Shown: piece by piece, positions 59,056 to 64,000 of the stretch | Position numbering within the stretch: position 1 is the stretch's first letter | How the letters are laid out: the number at the start of each line of letters is the position of its first letter | Notes under the pieces: model-generated | Told to the model about the DNA's origin: nothing | Database searches by the model: none | The model's input: the letters and a program-made list of their open reading frames with translations, nothing else | Assembly: GCA_020725105.1 (NCBI GenBank) | Contig: DYFQ01000006.1 | Coordinates: forward strand, 2,392 to 66,391 | Direction: 5' to 3' | Length of the DNA stretch: 64,000 nucleotides | Source of the DNA: Symbiobacterium thermophilum | GTDB taxonomy: Bacteria; Bacillota; Sulfobacillia; DYFQ01 | Translations under genes and position numbers: made by a program

Positions 59056-60063
59056 TCAGATCACGTAACGTTCCCTGCGAGCTCGCAGAGCCTCAACGAC
59101 CATGATGACGATGACCACGAGCGCCTGGACGAGGAAGACGGCGCTAGCCGGGAATCCCACCGTTCGTTGCAGAGAGTCGGATCCAGCGACCAGCACGGCA
59201 AAAGCAAAACTGACTGGGATCAACACCAACGGGTGGTAGCGCGCCAGAACGGCTACCAGGATTCCCATGAACCCATACCCGGGCGTCAAGCCCACGAGCA
59301 ACCTCTCATGGACTCCTGCCACCTCGATTGCCCCGGCCAGGCCCGACAGGCCCCCACCAAGGGTCAGGGCGATCAGCTGGACGCGTGTAACCCCAATCCC
59401 AGCGATGAGCGCGGCTCGGGCATTGGCACCGACCGCGCGCATCTCGTAACCAGGAACGGTGCGATAAAGCAACCCCCAAGTGAGCACGGCGACGGCACAG
59501 GCTAGCAGCACTCCGGTATGGGCACCGCCCCTCGTGATGAGCATTGGCAAGGCAGCGGTACGGGGAATGGGGTACGTGATCGCCTCACCGGCCGTCGGGT
59601 CGTTCCATGGCCCGGTGCACAAGAATTCCACGAGGTAAGCCGCCACGAAGTTTAGCATGACGGTGGTAAAGATCTCACTGACGCCCCAGGCGGCACGCAG
59701 TACCCCTGCGATAAGCACAAATGCGGCACCGGCCATCGCTCCGCCCGCCAGCACCAGCGGTACCATTTGCCAGGCGGGTAGCCCGGCCGGTGCCAGGCTA
59801 AGGCCGATGCCCGTTGCCAGTACACCGCCCACGTAGATCTGACCATCCATGCCGATATTTGCGAGCCCGACTTGACGGCTGAGTGAAAAGGTTATCGCTA
59901 CCAAGAGCAACGGTGTCATACGGTTCAGGGTCTGGGCAAACCCACCGATGCTACCCAGGGAGTCGTTGAGTGCCGTCTTGTATGCAACCCAGGGATCGTG
60001 GCGAAGGATGGCGATGACCAGCGTGTTTATGGCCAGTGCCGCTGCGAGAGCCGCAACATACAT
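59056..60063 (-). CDS. ABC transporter permease (second BMP-type system)
   Basis: Polytopic. Start assumed at MYVAALAAAL (~60063); the Cys/His-rich 40-aa extension of the track ORF to 60183 is probably not real. Confidence 0.7.
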   Translation of the reverse strand: MYVAALAAALAINTLVIAILRHDPWVAYKTALNDSLGSIGGFAQTLNRMTPLLLVAITFSLSRQVGLANIGMDGQIYVGGVLATGIGLSLAPAGLPAWQMVPLVLAGGAMAGAAFVLIAGVLRAAWGVSEIFTTVMLNFVAAYLVEFLCTGPWNDPTAGEAITYPIPRTAALPMLITRGGAHTGVLLACAVAVLTWGLLYRTVPGYEMRAVGANARAALIAGIGVTRVQLIALTLGGGLSGLAGAIEVAGVHERLLVGLTPGYGFMGILVAVLARYHPLVLIPVSFAFAVLVAGSDSLQRTVGFPASAVFLVQALVVIVIMVVEALRARRERYVI

Positions 60064-60151
60064 CCCGATGCTCAACTGCCTGGTCACGCGTTGCCCCGAT
60101 GGGCGCCGGGAGTTCACGTGTTGCACCTGAACGCACCTGCAATCTGTGTGA

Positions 60152-61768
60152 TCATGCAGCTGAACCCAGCATTGCCTCGCCAATGGAGTAACGGTCGTAG
60201 CCAGGTCCGTCGAACTCAGCTACCGTTTGGCCCCGATGCAGCACCACGATGTGATGACACAGGCCGATGAGCTCGTCAAGATCCTCAGACACCAGTAACA
60301 CTGCCCCACCGCGACCGACCACCGACCGTAGCTGCTGGTGAACATGTTGGACGGCCCGTACGTCCAAGCCCCGGGAGGGGTTAAGCGCCACTACTACCGG
60401 CTCAGCTCGGATCCGGCAAGTTTCAACGGCTCTTGCCAGAATCAGTTTTTGGATGTTACCGCCGGAAAGGTAGGTTGACGGGATCAGCGGATGCGGAGCC
60501 CGTACGGCATGCTGCTCAATGGCATTTCGTCCCAGCTGCATGGCGCGAGCAAAGTCGTACCAGACGTTCGGAAACAGGTGCCGATGCAGGCCCAGGACCA
60601 CCGTCTCCGCCAGGGTCATCCCGGGGAGAATGCCGTCCCGCACCCGGTCTTCGGGTACCAGGACCAGGCCTCGGTCCAGCCGGTCACGGATGGGCAACTT
60701 TGTGATGTCCACGCCAGACAATCTGATGCGCCCAGCCGCGACAGGCAGTAGTCCCACCAGTAGTTCCGCCAGCTCCCGCTGACCGCTCCCTGCCACGCCG
60801 GCCACACCGACGATCTCGCCCGCACGCAGCCGAAAGCTGATGCCTTGAAGCCGTAGCCGGTTGTGGGTACCTACTGTGCTGGTTTCTTCCACCTCCAACA
60901 GCACGGGAGCGTCCGGTGCCGGCGGGGCGGGCCTGGCGGTCTCCAGTAGCTTGGTGGCTGCCGCCGGCGGCTCGCCCATCATCCATTGAACCAGGAGTTC
61001 CTCGGTACCGCCGGCTGCAGGCAGGCTGGCAACCACACGCCCGCCCCGCATCACTGTCAGGCGGTCGCCGACTCGAAGCGCGTCCCGGAGTTTGTGGGTG
61101 ACGAGCAGGATGGCCAGCCCACTGGCGGCCAACCGCTGAAGCGTGACAAGAAGTGTGTCCACTTCCTGCGGAGTGAGAAAGGTCGTTGGTTCATCGAGGA
61201 TGAGGATGCGAGCCCGGCGGTACAACATCTTTAGAATCTCAACTTTTTGCTGCAAACCGACGGGCAGGTCCCTGACTCGGGCGTCGATGTCCACCTCAAC
61301 CCCATGCTCACTGGCCAGCTGACGTACGGCCTGGTGACACCGACGCCGCGTCAGTGCGAACCGGCCACCTTCTGCACCGAGGACGACGTTTTCCCAAACG
61401 CTGAGGTTGTCCACCAGCTCAAAGTGCTGATGTACCATGGTCACGCCAAGCTTGAGGGCATCCGCCGGTGTTCTGACGGCAAACTGCTGGCCATTCACCA
61501 GCACTTCTCCCTGGTCCGGGCGGTAAAGGCCGGCGAGGACACACATCAGCGACGTCTTCCCGGCGCCGTTCTCACCCAGAACGACGTGAATCTCGCCCGG
61601 ATATACGTCCAGCGAAGCCCCAGCTAGTGCCTGGATGGACCCAAAACGCTTCCAGACGTTTACCAGCCGGACAAGGGGTTGTTTTGTGATTGGGCTACCT
61701 CCCCCGAACTTGAGTTCACACCGGAGCTGGTCCGGGCACTGGTAATCTCTCGCCGGATCAGGAAACAT
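60152..61768 (-). CDS. ABC transporter ATP-binding protein with duplicated ATPase domains (second BMP-type system)
   Basis: Two Walker A motifs (GENGAGKTSL; GVAGSGQRE) and LSGGNIQK signature; N-terminal start uncertain, with no good RBS-start pair and an IS relic immediately upstream. Confidence 0.8.
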   Translation of the reverse strand: MFPDPARDYQCPDQLRCELKFGGGSPITKQPLVRLVNVWKRFGSIQALAGASLDVYPGEIHVVLGENGAGKTSLMCVLAGLYRPDQGEVLVNGQQFAVRTPADALKLGVTMVHQHFELVDNLSVWENVVLGAEGGRFALTRRRCHQAVRQLASEHGVEVDIDARVRDLPVGLQQKVEILKMLYRRARILILDEPTTFLTPQEVDTLLVTLQRLAASGLAILLVTHKLRDALRVGDRLTVMRGGRVVASLPAAGGTEELLVQWMMGEPPAAATKLLETARPAPPAPDAPVLLEVEETSTVGTHNRLRLQGISFRLRAGEIVGVAGVAGSGQRELAELLVGLLPVAAGRIRLSGVDITKLPIRDRLDRGLVLVPEDRVRDGILPGMTLAETVVLGLHRHLFPNVWYDFARAMQLGRNAIEQHAVRAPHPLIPSTYLSGGNIQKLILARAVETCRIRAEPVVVALNPSRGLDVRAVQHVHQQLRSVVGRGGAVLLVSEDLDELIGLCHHIVVLHRGQTVAEFDGPGYDRYSIGEAMLGSAA

Positions 61769-61774
61769 GTCTTA

Positions 61775-62345
61775 CGCGGCCGGCCAGGGTCTCGGATGTC
61801 TCCCCCCATCAGGTCTGGCGGGTGCTCAGACGGCACGGCATCCACCTCAGACGCGGAAGGAGTTGGTGCGTGAGCACTGATCCCGAGTTCACTTCGAAGG
61901 CGGCGGACATCGTCGGCCTCTACCTGGACCCGCCAAGCAACGCAGTGGTCTTGTGCGTGGACGAAAAGCCGCGCATCCAGGCGCTGGAACGGGCCCAGGG
62001 CTGGCTGAGGCTGCCTGATGGCCGGGCGCTGACCGGCTTCAGCCACCATTACCAGAGACACGGGACCACCACCCTGTTTGCCGCCCTGGACGTGGCCACC
62101 GGGCTGGTGAAGACGGCCACTTCAAGCGCCGGCGGCGCCGGGAGTTTTTGGACTTCATGAACGACGTGGTCGCCGACTACCCTGAGCGGGAGATCCACGT
62201 CATCCTGGATAACCTCAACACCCACAAGCCCAAGCGGGACCGTTGGCTCCGCGGATCGGCCGATTGACGCCTACAACGCCGAGGCGGCGCCCTTTGAATG
62301 GCGCAAGCCGGTCGTGTGCCCTACAAGGCCTGCGACGAAAGTGCG
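61775..62345 (+). mobile_element. Degraded IS630-family transposase gene (pseudogene; N-terminal HTH missing, frameshifted, C-terminus decayed)
   Basis: VWRVLRRHGIHLRRGRSWCVSTDPEFTSKAADIVGLYLDPPSNAVVLCVDEKPRIQALERAQ...HHYQRHGTTTLFAALDVATG, then after a frameshift MNDVVADYPEREIHVILDNLNTHKPKRDRWL are the diagnostic IS630/Tc1-mariner DDE segments. It sits between the SBP and ATPase genes of the island transporter. Confidence 0.7.
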
Positions 62346-62365
62346 CTGACTTATGCAACTAAGCA

Positions 62366-63388
62366 CTAGTCGCGAATCTCGTCAGTGATCTCGGGGAGTT
62401 GGATGGCACCGGACGCAACTTGCTCGAAGATCAGCTGGACCCGACTGGCCGTCTCGGGCGAGACGTTCTGGATGGCTGCCAGGGCCATACCGTTGCCCGG
62501 CCGCATCTCCTCGTAACCACCCCGTGTGCCGGCCAAGATCTGCCCGAGCACCTTCTTGTAGGGGACGGCAAAGTCCAGCAGTAACGAGGTGGTAAAATTG
62601 TTCGGAGCCAGGTTCGCCTTGTCCGTGTAAAAGGTAGTGAGCAGGACGGGTGTCTCCTTGGCGGCCTCGATGACGCCGTAGGCGCCCAGGTTCACGATGA
62701 GGATGATAAAGTCGACGCCCGTCCCGATCTGCGCCTCAGCCGCCTGGCGAGCCTTGACCGGGTCGTTCTGGTCACCCACGAAGGTGTAGACCACTTCAGC
62801 GTTGGGATTCAGTTCCCTGACAGCCTGTTTGATGGCGTTGATGGACGCAACGAAGTCCGGTAGCCGAATACCGACGACGACGCCAATCTTGTTGGACTTG
62901 GTAGCCAGCGCGGCCAGGGCGCCCAAGCCATAGAAGCCCTGATAAAACTTGCGCCCTATGTTCCAAACGTTGGAAGGCAGGTCCGGCAGGGGGCCGCTTG
63001 ACTCGGCAATGAACGTGACGTCAGGGAACATGGGGGCGAGCTTACGGACGGTCGTCACGTATTGCCCACCGTGGAACGCCACTATAGTGTATCCGTCGTT
63101 GATAAAACCCCGTGCCACCCTCTCGGCATCTGCCGGCGGTACCTGCTCCTGGTACTTGGCGGTCACGCCGAATTGTCGCTCCAACTCCAGCAGGGCCAGG
63201 TAACCCACGAAATTGTAATCGGCGTCCTGAACTGTTCCAGGCAGGATCATGGCCAGCTTCGGTTTGGGCTGCTCAGCCGGCGCGGGCTCGGCTGCCTTGC
63301 CGGCCGGTTTGCTAACGCAACCACTCAGGAATAACGCCGCAACCAGTACGAGGCCGAACATTTTTCGAAGTGCCGCCGGCGTGCACAT
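62366..63388 (-). CDS. BMP-family ABC transporter substrate-binding lipoprotein (second system)
   Basis: Lipobox ALFLSGC; BMP/Med fold. Start probably the second ATG (MCTPAALRKMFGLV) after GGGAGG; the track ORF starts at 63403. Confidence 0.8.
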   Translation of the reverse strand: MCTPAALRKMFGLVLVAALFLSGCVSKPAGKAAEPAPAEQPKPKLAMILPGTVQDADYNFVGYLALLELERQFGVTAKYQEQVPPADAERVARGFINDGYTIVAFHGGQYVTTVRKLAPMFPDVTFIAESSGPLPDLPSNVWNIGRKFYQGFYGLGALAALATKSNKIGVVVGIRLPDFVASINAIKQAVRELNPNAEVVYTFVGDQNDPVKARQAAEAQIGTGVDFIILIVNLGAYGVIEAAKETPVLLTTFYTDKANLAPNNFTTSLLLDFAVPYKKVLGQILAGTRGGYEEMRPGNGMALAAIQNVSPETASRVQLIFEQVASGAIQLPEITDEIRD

Positions 63389-63674
63389 ATTGCAACCTCC
63401 CATACTGGCGGAACCAGCGCACCGATCACCGCAAACTTATATACGGCCCCTTGTCCGAAGTGTTCCCCGGCTCACACATGTGGTTACAGCGTTTGATGCT
63501 CTATGAGCACAGTCCTTTGGGAACGTCTTCTAAAATTGAGGGCGTGTGTTTGTAAAATGTGTCCGACTGCGCTCTGCCCGGGACAGGCCTTCGGCTGACC
63601 CAAATACCTGCGGGGTGCCGATGAAGGCCAGGCGTGACTGGTGGTTGCCGGCCCGACAGTAGTGGAAAGGCGTT

Positions 63675-64000
63675 CTAGCCCCGATGCCTGTGGAAGAAGC
63701 GGCTCATCCGGCCAAGTGCCTCCTCCAGCCGGTCGGTGTCGTAGCCGAAGCCCAGCCGGAAGTGCCCCTCCTGCTCGAAGCAGGAGCCGGGAATGGTGAG
63801 GACCCCTTCCTCCTCGATGAGCCGGTGGCAGAACTCCTCGGAGGGGAGGTCCAGGTGGTAGCGGGGAAAGCAAACCACACCGGCCCGAGGCGGAACGTAG
63901 GAGACGAACGCCTGGTGCTCGCGGACCCAGCCGTCGAAGATCCGGAAGTTGGTCCTGGCCAGCCGCAGGCTGCGATCCATCACTCGCTCGTGGTGGGTCA
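63675..64000 (-). CDS. PLP-dependent aminotransferase (class I/II), C-terminal fragment; gene continues beyond the window end
   Basis: C-terminal FEQEGHFRLGFGYDTDRLEEALGRMSRFF is typical of class-I aminotransferase C-termini; the frame stays open to position 64000; GC returns to >70%. Confidence 0.55.
   Translation of the reverse strand, partial: THHERVMDRSLRLARTNFRIFDGWVREHQAFVSYVPPRAGVVCFPRYHLDLPSEEFCHRLIEEEGVLTIPGSCFEQEGHFRLGFGYDTDRLEEALGRMSRFFHRHRG

Overview
This is a roughly 70-75% GC window from what looks like a sporulating, thermophilic Firmicute-type genome (Thermaerobacter/Symbiobacterium-like). Nearly all genes are on the minus strand. It is a core chromosomal region with strong synteny to the Bacillus subtilis yqe/spoIIP/dnaK and valS-folC ... 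maf-radC-mreBCD-min-spoIVF-rplU-rpmA-obg neighbourhoods, in this order: prmA (partial), dnaJ, hrcA (with CIRCE), a PAP2 phosphatase, spoIIP, a holin-like protein, rpsT, holA, comEC, plsY, the spoVR-yhbH-prkA sporulation operon, comEA, leuS (T-box) with a tRNA-Ala directly upstream, rsfS, an LCP protein, an RRM protein, nadD, obg, rpmA, rplU, RNase G/E, a SpoIVFB-like M50 protease, an M23 peptidase, a TPP-riboswitch-thiT-tpk module, rodA, minE/D/C, PBP2, mreDCB, radC, maf, a SPOR protein, a PrcB-like protein, folC, a secreted hypothetical protein and valS (T-box). Then comes a native BMP-family nucleoside ABC transporter fused to pseudouridine catabolism genes (psuK-psuG), followed by a GNAT / Ddl-like ATP-grasp / PLP fold-II enzyme trio. 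The most unusual part is a roughly 7.5 kb segment of clearly lower GC (~58-62%), 56.1-63.7 kb. It carries an AOR-family (tungsten/molybdopterin) oxidoreductase co-oriented with a second BMP-family ABC transporter and a degraded IS630-family transposase, which points to a horizontally acquired transporter-oxidoreductase cassette. A second oddity is a canonical tRNA-Ala(GGC) gene sitting between a strong sigma-A promoter with a 250-nt GC-rich leader and the T-box antiterminator of leuS. No CRISPR arrays or rRNA genes are present. The many long plus-strand ORFs in the track are antisense artefacts of high GC. Coordinates may be off by 1-3 nt and several start codons are inferred.
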